Counted from the stretch's first letter, positions 13,980 through 23,080 are shown. The stretch: DNA of 34,128 nucleotides from Candidatus Omnitrophica bacterium 4484_171 (GCA_002049895.1 MVCW01000001.1:1-34128); one strand, 5' to 3'. A program made the numbers and translations. The notes: generated from the sequence alone by a model not told the origin.

Positions 13980-16343
13980 ATGGGTAACAAAGGTTTATCG
14001 GGAAGCTGGCAATACCGGCTGGCGAGAAGAATCGTCCACTTAAGGATATATATCATTCTTATTTGCACCATAACCACTCTATTTTTTATAAACGTATTAA
14101 GAGATATAAAAGTTGAGACTCACCTTCAGGATTTTCTTCCCCAAAAACATCCTTTTATTAAGGTTCAGCACCGCCTGACCGATGTGTTCGGCGGGCTTAA
14201 TCAGGTATCCATCGCTCTTAAAGTAAAGAAAGGCGACATGTTTGATAAAAAGTTTATTGATAAGATTATATCATTGACTGAAGACTTATATCTTGTCAAC
14301 GGCGTGAATATAGCGCGTGTTAATTCCATTGCCTCACGCCACGTAAAGTATGTCACGGTAAACAGCGAAGGATTCTTTGTCCAAAGGCTCCTAAGGTATT
14401 CTCCCAAAGATAAAGAAGGCATGGAAAAATTAAGAAGAAGAATAAAGATGAATCCCAATATTTACGGGAAAATGGTATCGCGTGATTTTAAGTCAACTTT
14501 TATACAGGTCGATTTTGAATCAAGTGCAAAGACTTCATATATATTCTCTACACTTCAGAGCTTAAAGAAAAAATATGAAGATTCAAATACGAAAGTTTAT
14601 ATTGCCGGCCGGCCTATTCTGGAAGGATGGCTCAATTTTTATCTCCCGCATATGTTTAAAATATTGTGGATGAGTTTTTTGACCATTGTCGTTATTCTTT
14701 ACCTTACTTTCCGCTCAAAAAGGGGGGTTATACTTCCCCTTCTTGATTCTTCTATGGCTACAATCTGGGGAATGGGGGCGATGAAGCTCTTAGGCCTGAG
14801 GCTTGACCCTGCTACTATTTTAGTCCCCTTTATTGTATTATCTCTAGGTATAAGCCATTCCGTGCATACCCTTAAGCGTTACTATGAAGAGATGCGTTCG
14901 CCCGCGATGAAAAGCAAACACGCGATAGTCAACACAATGGCGCACCTTTTTCTTCCCGGCATTGCCTGCGTGCTTACTGACGGGTTCGGGTTTCTTTCTT
15001 TGACGATAGTACCGCTTTCTACGATAAAAAGCATGGCCCTGGCAAGCGGATTTGGGATATTCGCCAATTTCTTTACTTCGTTTATGTTTACTCCCTGTGT
15101 GCTTTCTTTTCTTCACAGGCCGAAAATCTTAGCGGTAAAACGGGAAGAACAGCACGCCTGGGTTGATAACATACTTTCTAAGATAAGTATTTTTTCTTTA
15201 AACAGAAAAGCCGGGACGATTCTTGTTGCCAGTTTCATTGCAGCAGCGGTTGTTTCTCTTTTTGGAATAAAACGGATTGTTATCGGCGACAACACACAAG
15301 GCTCAAGCTATCTTTATCCTTCAAGCCCCTACAATAAAGCAGAAGAATTTATAAATGATAATTTTGGAGGAACTAATTCTTACTATATTTTCGCAGAATC
15401 AAAAGATTCTATTCTTAAGGTAAGCAAGCTCAAGGCAATAGGCGCTTTCCAGAGATATTTATCAAAGGAAGTGCCGCAGGTTGGCTCATCTTTATCCGTT
15501 GTTAACGCGATAAAGGCGCTTAATATGTTTATGTTTGAGGGGAAAAGGGGATATTTTAAGATTCCGGACAAAGATGAAACAGTAGCCCAGTACTGGTTTC
15601 TATATACTGTAAGCGGTTTCCCTTCAGATTACGACCATCTAATAAGCCGGGACGAAACGATGTCTAATATTAAGTTTGATTTGCGTAACCATAAATCAAG
15701 CGCGGTTAACCTTGCTGTTAGAAAGACAAAAGAATTCTTTAAAAATAATAAATTCAAGAATATAAAGTTCTCATATGCCGGCGGAGACATAGGGATTTTT
15801 TATGCGATAAACGATATTATAAGAAGGACAATCATACCCAATGCTTTGTTTATTTCCCTGATAATTTTCTTATATGTAAGTTTTATTTACCGTTCTTTTA
15901 TTGCCGGTTTGTTTCTGCTGCTGCCTCTTATTTTCAGTAATTTGCTGATTTTCTCACTTTTTGGGTTCGCGGGTATCCCGATTAATACCGAGATGCTTCC
16001 CCTTGTATCTTTGAGCGAAGGCTTAGGTATAAATTATGGAATTTATATTCTTGCCCGCCTTTTTGATGAAATGCGCGCTAAGAAAAAAACCTACAGGAAT
16101 ATTCTCGCCCTTACTTTGGTTACAAGCGGCAAAGCCGTATTTTTTAGCGGCTCAATAGTATCTTTAGGGATATTTGTATGGGTTTTTTCTCCTATTCTTT
16201 TTCAGGCGCGGCTTGGAATCACGCTTTGTCTTTCTCTAATATTGAATATGGTTACTTCACTGGTGATGGTTCCGGTTTTGGTTTGGTGGATAAAACCGGA
16301 GTTTTTATTCGGGAAGCTGCGCCGCAGATTAAGACTAAGATAA
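13980..16343 (+). CDS. MMPL/RND-superfamily exporter (HpnN-like architecture)
   Basis: The 787-aa protein has two homologous halves, each a TM bundle following a soluble loop. MMPL-type blocks are LSLGISHSVHTLKRYYEE and SLSEGLGINYGIYILARLFDE. Confidence 0.85.
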   Translation: MGNKGLSGSWQYRLARRIVHLRIYIILICTITTLFFINVLRDIKVETHLQDFLPQKHPFIKVQHRLTDVFGGLNQVSIALKVKKGDMFDKKFIDKIISLTEDLYLVNGVNIARVNSIASRHVKYVTVNSEGFFVQRLLRYSPKDKEGMEKLRRRIKMNPNIYGKMVSRDFKSTFIQVDFESSAKTSYIFSTLQSLKKKYEDSNTKVYIAGRPILEGWLNFYLPHMFKILWMSFLTIVVILYLTFRSKRGVILPLLDSSMATIWGMGAMKLLGLRLDPATILVPFIVLSLGISHSVHTLKRYYEEMRSPAMKSKHAIVNTMAHLFLPGIACVLTDGFGFLSLTIVPLSTIKSMALASGFGIFANFFTSFMFTPCVLSFLHRPKILAVKREEQHAWVDNILSKISIFSLNRKAGTILVASFIAAAVVSLFGIKRIVIGDNTQGSSYLYPSSPYNKAEEFINDNFGGTNSYYIFAESKDSILKVSKLKAIGAFQRYLSKEVPQVGSSLSVVNAIKALNMFMFEGKRGYFKIPDKDETVAQYWFLYTVSGFPSDYDHLISRDETMSNIKFDLRNHKSSAVNLAVRKTKEFFKNNKFKNIKFSYAGGDIGIFYAINDIIRRTIIPNALFISLIIFLYVSFIYRSFIAGLFLLLPLIFSNLLIFSLFGFAGIPINTEMLPLVSLSEGLGINYGIYILARLFDEMRAKKKTYRNILALTLVTSGKAVFFSGSIVSLGIFVWVFSPILFQARLGITLCLSLILNMVTSLVMVPVLVWWIKPEFLFGKLRRRLRLR

Positions 16344-16367
16344 TATCGGACGCCGGACGTCCGATAT
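16341..16367. repeat. Stop-codon-fused palindromic hairpin, copy 2
   Basis: TAATATCGGACGccggaCGTCCGATAT begins with the MMPL stop codon. It has a perfect 10-bp stem. It differs from copy 1 only in the loop and at one stem base. Confidence 0.85.
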
Positions 16368-16386
16368 AAAAAGGAGGAGGTGTTGT

Positions 16387-17265
16387 ATGAGAAAGTTGTT
16401 ATTGTTTTTAGGGCTGATAGTATTTTCTTTAAGCGCGTCGGCTCAAGGGCTAGGGTATTATAAAGTGTATATCCCAAAAGAGGGGATGTCGGCTGATGAG
16501 ATTATGCGCATTATGTATAACAACAAATATTCGTTGTTTGCGCATGACTATCAGCAGACAGGAAAAGTATTTTATATTGATAAGTCAGGATTTACACGTA
16601 AAAGGATATGGAAGAGAATGCGAATTACCAAAGCCGGCGAAAACGGCATTTCTTACAAAGACATAGTAGCTTTTACTTACCCGACGGAGCTTAAAGGTTT
16701 GGCGGTTTTAACCTGGACATACGTAGACCCAAAAAGAGAGCAGGATGAGTGGCTCTGGCTTCCGTCTTTAAAGAAGGTAAGAAAAATATCTGCTTCTCAG
16801 AATGATGACGCATTTTTAGGCTCCGATTTTACAGTTGAAGAGGTATCTACCCGCCGTTTTGAGGATGAGACTTATAAGCTGTTGGGCGAGAAGGGGTTTG
16901 TAGGATATACTCTCCAGCAGACCGGCGAGGTTAAGTTTAAGGGAAAACCTTGCTTTGTTGTGGAGTGCCGTCCGGTTAGGAGTCACTGGTATTATTCAAA
17001 AAGGGTTGTCTGGGTTGACAAGGAAACCGGAGGAGAAATATTTGAAGAATATTATGATAAGACAGACAAGCTTTTTAAGACACTTTTCAGGGAATGGGCA
17101 TGGACAGCGGCAGGAGGTAAGAAATATGTTACCCAGCTTTCTTTGGAGTGTAAAGATTTAAGGACCGGACACCGCACTACAATTTTAATGAAGGATACTA
17201 AATATGACCAGGGAATCAGTGAGCAGAATTTTACGGTTAAGGCGCTTATGAGGTCAAGATGGTAA
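16387..17265 (+). CDS. LolA-like outer membrane lipoprotein-sorting family protein (periplasmic)
   Basis: A signal peptide is followed by the family core EWLWLPSLKKVRKISASQNDDAFLGSDFTVEEV, and later VVWVDKETG. A strong SD (AGGAGGAGG) is present. Confidence 0.8.
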   Translation: MRKLLLFLGLIVFSLSASAQGLGYYKVYIPKEGMSADEIMRIMYNNKYSLFAHDYQQTGKVFYIDKSGFTRKRIWKRMRITKAGENGISYKDIVAFTYPTELKGLAVLTWTYVDPKREQDEWLWLPSLKKVRKISASQNDDAFLGSDFTVEEVSTRRFEDETYKLLGEKGFVGYTLQQTGEVKFKGKPCFVVECRPVRSHWYYSKRVVWVDKETGGEIFEEYYDKTDKLFKTLFREWAWTAAGGKKYVTQLSLECKDLRTGHRTTILMKDTKYDQGISEQNFTVKALMRSRW

Positions 17266-17281
17266 TATATAATGGATAAAA

Positions 17282-17366
17282 CGCAGATGCCGCAGAATAT
17301 TCGCAGAGGATGCAGAAATAGAATCGCAAGAGATGCGGAAAACTCGCAGAGACTGTAGAGTATTTT
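17282..17366. repeat. Four tandem degenerate 20-23-nt units (consensus CGCAGAGnnTGCAGAAwa)
   Basis: Units start at 17282, 17302, 17325 and 17345. They read cgcagatgccgcagaatatt, cgcagaggatgcagaaatagaat, cgcaagagatgcggaaaact and cgcagagactgtagagtatttt. Inverted words (tcttctgcg, atccgcgg) follow at 17380-17400. Confidence 0.8.
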
Positions 17367-17433
17367 GCGCAATCGGCGGTATCTTCTGCGTAATCCGCGG
17401 AGAAATAAGAATTGAAAAAGGAGGTGTAAAGAG

Positions 17434-18864
17434 ATGAGGGGTAGAACTAAAATATTGTTTATATTATGCATAGCGGGTTTTATCACGGGGCTGTTTTTAG
17501 GAGGCGCCTTTGCCGTATCTATTGGTGATAATTTTGAGTATTCAGGATATTTAAAAACCGAAGTCTGGGTTAAAACAAACAACGATAATTCTCATCAGTT
17601 TCTATCTTCTTTTAAGAATACTTTTGATCTGGAAGCGCAGTATAAAATATCTAACGACTGGGTGTTTTTTGTGCATCCGCGCTATTTCTACGATTTTGCC
17701 TATAGCATAAGAGACGATATTTTTGATAAGAATCAGGTGAAAATGGGGACAACTCAGAGAACGGAGTGGCTCAGAGACTGTTATCTGGATTATACGTCGG
17801 ACGCTTTAGATGTAAGGCTTGGTAAACAGCAGGTGGTATGGGGACAGGCTGACGGCCTGCCGTTTTTAGACAGAGTTATGCCTTTTGATTTAACTAAGTA
17901 TTGGCTTCCGGATTTTGCCGATATCAGAATCCCTCTGTGGATGGTAAAGATAGAGTACTCACCTGTATTAAACTCAACTCTGCAATTTCTGTTTATTCCT
18001 GATTTTGAAGCATCGCGCTCCACTCCGGCAAATGGGACATTTGCTTTTAAGGCAGCCAATGATTTCGATGCTGTTAGGGGTATTATGGAGGCAAATGGAG
18101 GAAGTATGGAAACAAGCATATACCGTCCTTCTTCTAAATTAAAAAATTCACGCGTTGGTTTAAGATGGCGTTCTATGTTGGGAGACATAGACTATACTCT
18201 AAACTGGCTCTATGGATATTCAACAAGCGCGTATACATATTCAGATGGATCTACTATTACAGGAGGATTAATTCCTGCTTTAGGTATGCCTAAAGGAGAT
18301 TACTATTATTCCCGCCGGCACAAGCTTATGCAAATAATGGGTTTTTCTTTTAACAAATCCATTACAAACCCCGGGCCTTTGGAAGGGCTAACCATAAGAG
18401 GCGAGTTCGCGTATCTGCATAACGAACCCACATATTACGGGACTGCCGGCCACAGGAATTATACTGAAAAAAGCGACAAATACACTTATGTTTTGGGCTT
18501 TGATAAGTATTACTTTACCAATTGGCTCTTTTCCCTGCAGTTTGCCCAGTTTATCCACAACAGCCCTACCTTTAAAGGTAAGCATGTGCTTAATAGTTAT
18601 ACCTACGGGCTCATGGATAAGGTTGAGAGTTACCTGACTTTAAAGATAGCCACTGACTTTAAGCATGAACGCATAAAGCCTGAGGTATTGATAATTTACG
18701 GTGACGATAATGACGGAAGGATTTCTTTTAAGACAAGCTATGAACTGCGTGATAATGTATGGCTTGCTTTAGGGTATCATCATTTCTGGGGGCCGGCTTA
18801 CGGTTCAAACGGACAGTTCAGAAATAATGACCAGATATATGCTTCTGTTAAGTTTACTTTCTGA
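17434..18864 (+). CDS. DUF1302-family outer-membrane protein (predicted beta-barrel)
   Basis: A signal peptide is followed by the family motif LDVRLGKQQVVWGQADGLPFLDRVMPFD. The sequence has alternating beta-strand character and ends in an aromatic residue (VKFTF). SD AAGGAGGTG is present. Confidence 0.7.
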   Translation: MRGRTKILFILCIAGFITGLFLGGAFAVSIGDNFEYSGYLKTEVWVKTNNDNSHQFLSSFKNTFDLEAQYKISNDWVFFVHPRYFYDFAYSIRDDIFDKNQVKMGTTQRTEWLRDCYLDYTSDALDVRLGKQQVVWGQADGLPFLDRVMPFDLTKYWLPDFADIRIPLWMVKIEYSPVLNSTLQFLFIPDFEASRSTPANGTFAFKAANDFDAVRGIMEANGGSMETSIYRPSSKLKNSRVGLRWRSMLGDIDYTLNWLYGYSTSAYTYSDGSTITGGLIPALGMPKGDYYYSRRHKLMQIMGFSFNKSITNPGPLEGLTIRGEFAYLHNEPTYYGTAGHRNYTEKSDKYTYVLGFDKYYFTNWLFSLQFAQFIHNSPTFKGKHVLNSYTYGLMDKVESYLTLKIATDFKHERIKPEVLIIYGDDNDGRISFKTSYELRDNVWLALGYHHFWGPAYGSNGQFRNNDQIYASVKFTF

Positions 18865-18893
18865 TTATATTACGCACAAAGATGGTTCAAATG

Positions 18894-18918
18894 ATAGGGG
18901 GGGCAGCCCCCCTATTTT
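18894..18918 (+). terminator. Rho-independent terminator after the DUF1302 gene
   Basis: ATAGGGGGG-gcag-CCCCCCTAT is followed by TTTT, 30 nt after the stop codon. Confidence 0.8.
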
Positions 18919-19027
18919 ACTAGAACGCAGGGTTTACTTGTATAGTGTTTAGGTATTATTGATAGAGCTTTTTATAGATTAAATTAATATAATTGCGGAT
19001 GGTTTTTAGGTATAATTGTCTTAGAGT

Positions 19028-20068
19028 ATGAAGGATATAAAAAACTATACACTAAATGAGCTGGGTAATATCTTAGAAAGAGAGAGGTATCCTGCGTTTT
19101 GCGCCAAACAAATCTTCAGCTGGGTATATAAGAGAAACATTGATGATTTCTCTAAAATGTCTGATTTATCAAAAGCGGCGCGCCAGTATTTAAAAAGTAA
19201 TTTTTATATCTCTTCCCTAAAGACATTAGAAAGAAAGGTATCTGTTGATGGAACAGAGAAGTTTCTCTTTGCATTAGACGATAAAAATACTATAGAAACC
19301 GTTATTATACCGAAAGGCAACAGGAACACGCTTTGTGTGTCTACACAGGTCGGCTGCCGCTACGGTTGTAAGTTCTGCGTAAGTGGGCTCTTTGGTTTTA
19401 AGAGGAATTTAAAAGTGTCTGAGATTATAAATCAGTTTATTAAAATAAACAGCATTATAATTCCTAAGGCCATTACGAATGTGGTATTTATGGGCATAGG
19501 AGAACCTTTGGATAATTTTGATAACGTGATAAAAAGTATATCGATTATGACATCGCCTTTCGGTATCCATTTTGGCAGGCGCAGAATAACTATATCTACC
19601 TGTGGTATAACGCCTAAGGTAAAAGAACTATTAAACATGGATTTTGGGGTTAAACTCTCAATATCTTTGCACTCGGCTGATAATAGAAAACGCTCACTGC
19701 TTATGCCGGTGAATAAATTATATCCTTTGGCCGGACTTATAGACCAGGCAAAGCGGTATGCTAAGAAATATAGGTTCCCCGTCACTTTCGAGTATATCCT
19801 GATTAAGGATATTAATTCCAAAAGAGAAGACGCTTTAAATCTAAGCCGCATGCTAAGAGGATTGAGATACAAAATAAATATTATTCCTTATAATCCAGCC
19901 CCTGCTTTTAAATGGCAAGTTCCTTCTTTTTATGATATAAATAGTTTTACGAAAATATTAAAGAGAAAAGGTGTTTTCTTTACTTTAAGAAGACCGCGCG
20001 GACAGGATATAGAGGCCGCCTGCGGTCAGCTGCGTATAGCCATGATGAAGAATGAAAAAAGAGTTTGA
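19028..20068 (+). CDS. rlmN: 23S rRNA/tRNA adenine-C2 methyltransferase RlmN (radical SAM)
   Basis: Cluster motif is GCRYGCKFCVSG. Also present are MGIGEPLDN and the C-terminal catalytic Cys context DIEAACGQL. The N-terminal segment is FCAKQIFSWVY. Confidence 0.9.
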   Translation: MKDIKNYTLNELGNILERERYPAFCAKQIFSWVYKRNIDDFSKMSDLSKAARQYLKSNFYISSLKTLERKVSVDGTEKFLFALDDKNTIETVIIPKGNRNTLCVSTQVGCRYGCKFCVSGLFGFKRNLKVSEIINQFIKINSIIIPKAITNVVFMGIGEPLDNFDNVIKSISIMTSPFGIHFGRRRITISTCGITPKVKELLNMDFGVKLSISLHSADNRKRSLLMPVNKLYPLAGLIDQAKRYAKKYRFPVTFEYILIKDINSKREDALNLSRMLRGLRYKINIIPYNPAPAFKWQVPSFYDINSFTKILKRKGVFFTLRRPRGQDIEAACGQLRIAMMKNEKRV

Positions 20069-20726
20069 CAGCACAACGCTTCGTTTCTTATTTCTAATTG
20101 CATTATTAGCGATTATACTTATTATCGGCAGTACTTCCTCGGTGAACCCGGAGAGAATAAAGTCTTTTCTAAAGCACATGCCTCTTTTGTATTCTTCCCT
20201 GGCGTTTGTTTTTCTCTACGTTATCGGAACATTTTTTATATGGTACTTAAAAGACCCTCTGAAGATAGTGGGGGCGGTAGTTTTTGGTGCCTATATAAGT
20301 ACCTTTCTGATTTATATATCGGAAGTAATAAATGCGTTTATATTTTTCAATCTCAGTGCTATATTGGGGAAGGAATTCATAGAAAAGAAAGTACGTGGTA
20401 AATTCCGCCGGTTTTATGAGAAACTTGAGGGTGTTAATCTGGGATGGATATTTCTTCTTCGTGCCGTCCCGCTTATTCCTTACAGAATACTGGATATGAG
20501 CTTTGGCCTTAGCAAGGTAAAGCTTGGGAAATATATCGTTGCTGTTCTTCTGGCTTCACTGCCGAGGATATTCTGGATTCAGTTCATACTCTCAGCTGTG
20601 GGAGGATTCTCTATGGATAAACTGATGCGGTATTTTTCGGAGAATACAGTTATTTTAGTGTTAAGTTTTGTTTATTTTATTGCCGCCTTAGCTGCCGCAT
20701 TCAGGATAAAAAGGAAATTTATGTAG
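20052..20726 (+). CDS. TVP38/TMEM64 (DedA-related, SNARE-associated) membrane protein
   Basis: A multi-TM protein with the family core FLLRAVPLIPYRILDMSFGLSKV. It overlaps the rlmN stop by 17 nt. Confidence 0.65.
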   Translation: MKKEFDSTTLRFLFLIALLAIILIIGSTSSVNPERIKSFLKHMPLLYSSLAFVFLYVIGTFFIWYLKDPLKIVGAVVFGAYISTFLIYISEVINAFIFFNLSAILGKEFIEKKVRGKFRRFYEKLEGVNLGWIFLLRAVPLIPYRILDMSFGLSKVKLGKYIVAVLLASLPRIFWIQFILSAVGGFSMDKLMRYFSENTVILVLSFVYFIAALAAAFRIKRKFM

Positions 20727-20748
20727 TTTTTGCCGGTACGCAGCAGCT

Positions 20749-21645
20749 ATGAGAGCAGGTATAAGAATCAGCCGTCAGGAGAAAATACAAAAGGCAAGGG
20801 ACGTTCTAATAGAAAGATTAGCAGCTTGTGATTTATGCCCCCGCGCCTGCGGCGTAAACCGTATGAATAATGAAGAGGGCTTTTGCAAAACGGGCCGTCT
20901 GGCAAAAGTAAATAGTGCGTTTTTGCACTTTGGAGAAGAGAGAGAACTTACAGGAGGCGGCGGTTCGGGGACAATATTCTTTTCTAATTGCAACTTAAAC
21001 TGTGTTTATTGCCAGAATTATGAAATTTCACAGTTGGGGTCTGGAGAAATTGTGTCCAGCGGGAAGTTAGCGGATATGATGATTAGACTGCAGCAGGATG
21101 GTGCTGAGAACATTAACTTTGTTACACCGACGCATGTTATTGCTCAAATTGTAGAGGCTTTATGTATAGCTTATAAAAGAGGCCTTTGCATTCCCCTTGT
21201 TTATAATTGCGGCGGTTACGAAAGTTCCGGCACCTTAAAACTGATAGATGGTATTTTCGATATTTATATGCCCGACATAAAGTATTCCGATAATAGGTTA
21301 GCCCGTACTTTATCAGGTGTTTATGATTACTGGGAGGTATCAAGGAGTGCCGTATTAGAAATGCACAGACAGGCTGGCGATTTAATCATAGATAATGGCG
21401 CGGCAAAAAAAGGCTTGCTTATTAGGCATCTTGTCCTTCCCGGATTATATAAAGGCGCTTTTAAGATTATTGATTTTATAAGAAATGATATTTCGGTTGA
21501 TACATATGTAAATATAATGGATCAGTACAGGCCTTATTACAGGGCATATGAATTTAATCAGCTGCAGCGGGTTCTTGCAGAAAACGAGTATAGGGAAGTT
21601 ATAAATTACGCCCGCGACAAAGGGCTCTATAGGGGGCTATCTTAA
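20749..21645 (+). CDS. PflX-type radical SAM protein (pyruvate formate-lyase activase-like)
   Basis: An N-terminal Cys cluster (CDLCPRACGVNR...GFCK) is followed by the radical SAM motif CNLNCVYCQN. Confidence 0.75.
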   Translation: MRAGIRISRQEKIQKARDVLIERLAACDLCPRACGVNRMNNEEGFCKTGRLAKVNSAFLHFGEERELTGGGGSGTIFFSNCNLNCVYCQNYEISQLGSGEIVSSGKLADMMIRLQQDGAENINFVTPTHVIAQIVEALCIAYKRGLCIPLVYNCGGYESSGTLKLIDGIFDIYMPDIKYSDNRLARTLSGVYDYWEVSRSAVLEMHRQAGDLIIDNGAAKKGLLIRHLVLPGLYKGAFKIIDFIRNDISVDTYVNIMDQYRPYYRAYEFNQLQRVLAENEYREVINYARDKGLYRGLS

Positions 21646-21651
21646 TTTAAA

Positions 21652-22596
21652 ATGAAAGAATCAGTATATACTCTGCCGGAGGAATTCTTAAGGAGGATAA
21701 AAATTATTTATCCTGCCCATTTTAACCGCATATGCGAAACTTTCTTGAATAAAAGGAAACAGACGTTCAGAATAAATTATCTTAAGACCGACCTGAATTC
21801 TTTAAGAAATTTTCTAAGGAAAGAGGGTATAAAGTATAAAGAGCTTTCCTGGCCTAAGGGAGCATTCATTTTGAATTCTGACATAAGACATTTTCAGAGG
21901 TCGTTTATCTATAGAGACGGGCTTGTATATCTTCAAAATGTGTCCAGCATGATTGTTCCTTTTGTTTTAGGTGCCAAAGCCGGTGATAGAATTCTCGATT
22001 TATGCGCGGCCCCCGGGGCTAAAACAACCGAAATAGCTTCTCTCGCCGGGCGTGATACAGAGATTGTCGCCGTAGAGAAGATTCGCACAAGGTATTATAA
22101 ACTTCTTGCCAACTTAAAGATACAGGGGGCGGATTTTGTTAAAACTATTATAATGGATGGTATTTTTGTAAGAAAGAAATTCCCTGAGTATTTTGACAAG
22201 GTATTGCTTGATGCCCCCTGTTCGAGTGAAGGCCGTTTCTATACACGCAATCCACGCAGTTTCAGATATTGGAAATATAGAAAAGTAAAGGAGATGGCGC
22301 ACAAACAGAAGAGATTGATTTCGTCAGCATATTATGCACTCAAGCCGGGGGGGAAACTTTTGTATTCAACCTGTACTTTTTCGCCTGAGGAGAATGAGGA
22401 AGTAGTGGATTGGGCACTCAATAAGTTCAAAGATAAAATTGAGCTTTTGCCCATAAATATTCCTATTAAGAATGCGAGAAACGGGCTTATAAAATGGAGA
22501 AAAAAAACGTTTCTTAAGAGTTTGAGCTATGCGATTAGAGTAATCCCCAATGATTATATGGAAGGTTTTTTTATAGCCTTATTTAATAAATTATAA
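21652..22596 (+). CDS. RsmB/RsmF-like (NOL1/NOP2/Sun) RNA cytosine-C5 methyltransferase
   Basis: SAM motif is ILDLCAAPGAKT. Catalytic motifs are LDAPCSSEG and YSTCTFSPEENE. There is no NusB-like N-domain. Confidence 0.8.
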   Translation: MKESVYTLPEEFLRRIKIIYPAHFNRICETFLNKRKQTFRINYLKTDLNSLRNFLRKEGIKYKELSWPKGAFILNSDIRHFQRSFIYRDGLVYLQNVSSMIVPFVLGAKAGDRILDLCAAPGAKTTEIASLAGRDTEIVAVEKIRTRYYKLLANLKIQGADFVKTIIMDGIFVRKKFPEYFDKVLLDAPCSSEGRFYTRNPRSFRYWKYRKVKEMAHKQKRLISSAYYALKPGGKLLYSTCTFSPEENEEVVDWALNKFKDKIELLPINIPIKNARNGLIKWRKKTFLKSLSYAIRVIPNDYMEGFFIALFNKL

Positions 22597-22666
22597 TACC
22601 TGCTAGCAGAATAGATGAGGGTAGCTAAAGGATACAGAAGCAGAATTTCTTATTTAGCAGGGTAAA

Positions 22667-22693
22667 CCCCGTTAGAATGACTGCCTAACGGGG
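22667..22693. terminator. Hairpin between convergent rsmB-like and hup genes (probable bidirectional terminator)
   Basis: CCCCGTTAG-aatgactgc-CTAACGGGG is a perfect 9-bp stem. On the minus strand it is followed by TTTA. Confidence 0.55.
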
Positions 22694-22726
22694 CGTTCTT
22701 ACATAGTTCTAGGCTGTAAAAAGTTA

Positions 22727-22996
22727 TTATTTTACTATTTCTTTTAATTCTTTGGATGCTCTGAAAGCTATTTTCTTCTTAGCCGGAATCTGAATAGCTT
22801 CGCCTGTTTTGGGATTCCTTCCCATTCTTGCCTTTGTTTCTTTTACCTTAAATGTCCCGAAACCGGAAATGGTTACAGGCTCTTTCTTTTTAAGAGAACC
22901 CCTGATAGCGTCAAGAAGTGTTTCTACCGCTGTTTGTGCTTCCTTCTTGGTGCAGGTATTCTTGGCTACTGCTTCGATTAATTGAGCCTTGTTCAT
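22727..22996 (-). CDS. hup: Histone-like DNA-binding protein HU
   Basis: MNKAQLIEAVAK...ISGFGTFKVKETKARMGRNPKTGEAIQIPAKK is a canonical HU sequence. I place the start at the internal ATG (22996) because AAGGAGG lies 7 nt upstream of it. The ORF-track start at 23026 lacks an SD. Confidence 0.9.
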   Translation of the reverse strand: MNKAQLIEAVAKNTCTKKEAQTAVETLLDAIRGSLKKKEPVTISGFGTFKVKETKARMGRNPKTGEAIQIPAKKKIAFRASKELKEIVK

Positions 22997-23052
22997 ACAG
23001 GTACCTCCTTTTGTTTGGTTAAACAATAAAATCCCTTAGCCGTATTAGATAT

Positions 23053-23080
23053 TTTATAGTCTAATATAAATATTTGTCAA
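23053..23080 (-). promoter_or_regulatory. Promoter of hup
   Basis: On the minus strand, TTGACA (23080-23075) is separated by 16 nt from TATAAA (23058-23053). This leaves a ~50-nt leader carrying the SD. Confidence 0.55.

Noticed and set aside
13891-16367. An integron-type gene cassette, with the two palindromes acting as attC sites around the MMPL gene.
   Set aside because: The palindromes are much shorter than attC sites and lack the GTTRRRY core. No integrase or attI is in the window, and the gene fits functionally with its neighbours.
17052-17582. A 176-aa minus-strand ORF.
   Set aside because: It runs antisense across the end of the LolA-like gene, the tandem repeat gap and the start of the DUF1302 gene. 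Its Arg/Leu/Cys-rich product is the mirror translation of CGCAGA repeats.
18959-19016. A full sigma70 promoter for rlmN.
   Set aside because: A TATAAT lies at 19011-19016, but the candidate -35 boxes (TTGATA 18959, TTGCGG 18993) give spacers of 46 and 12 nt. Only the -10 can be supported.
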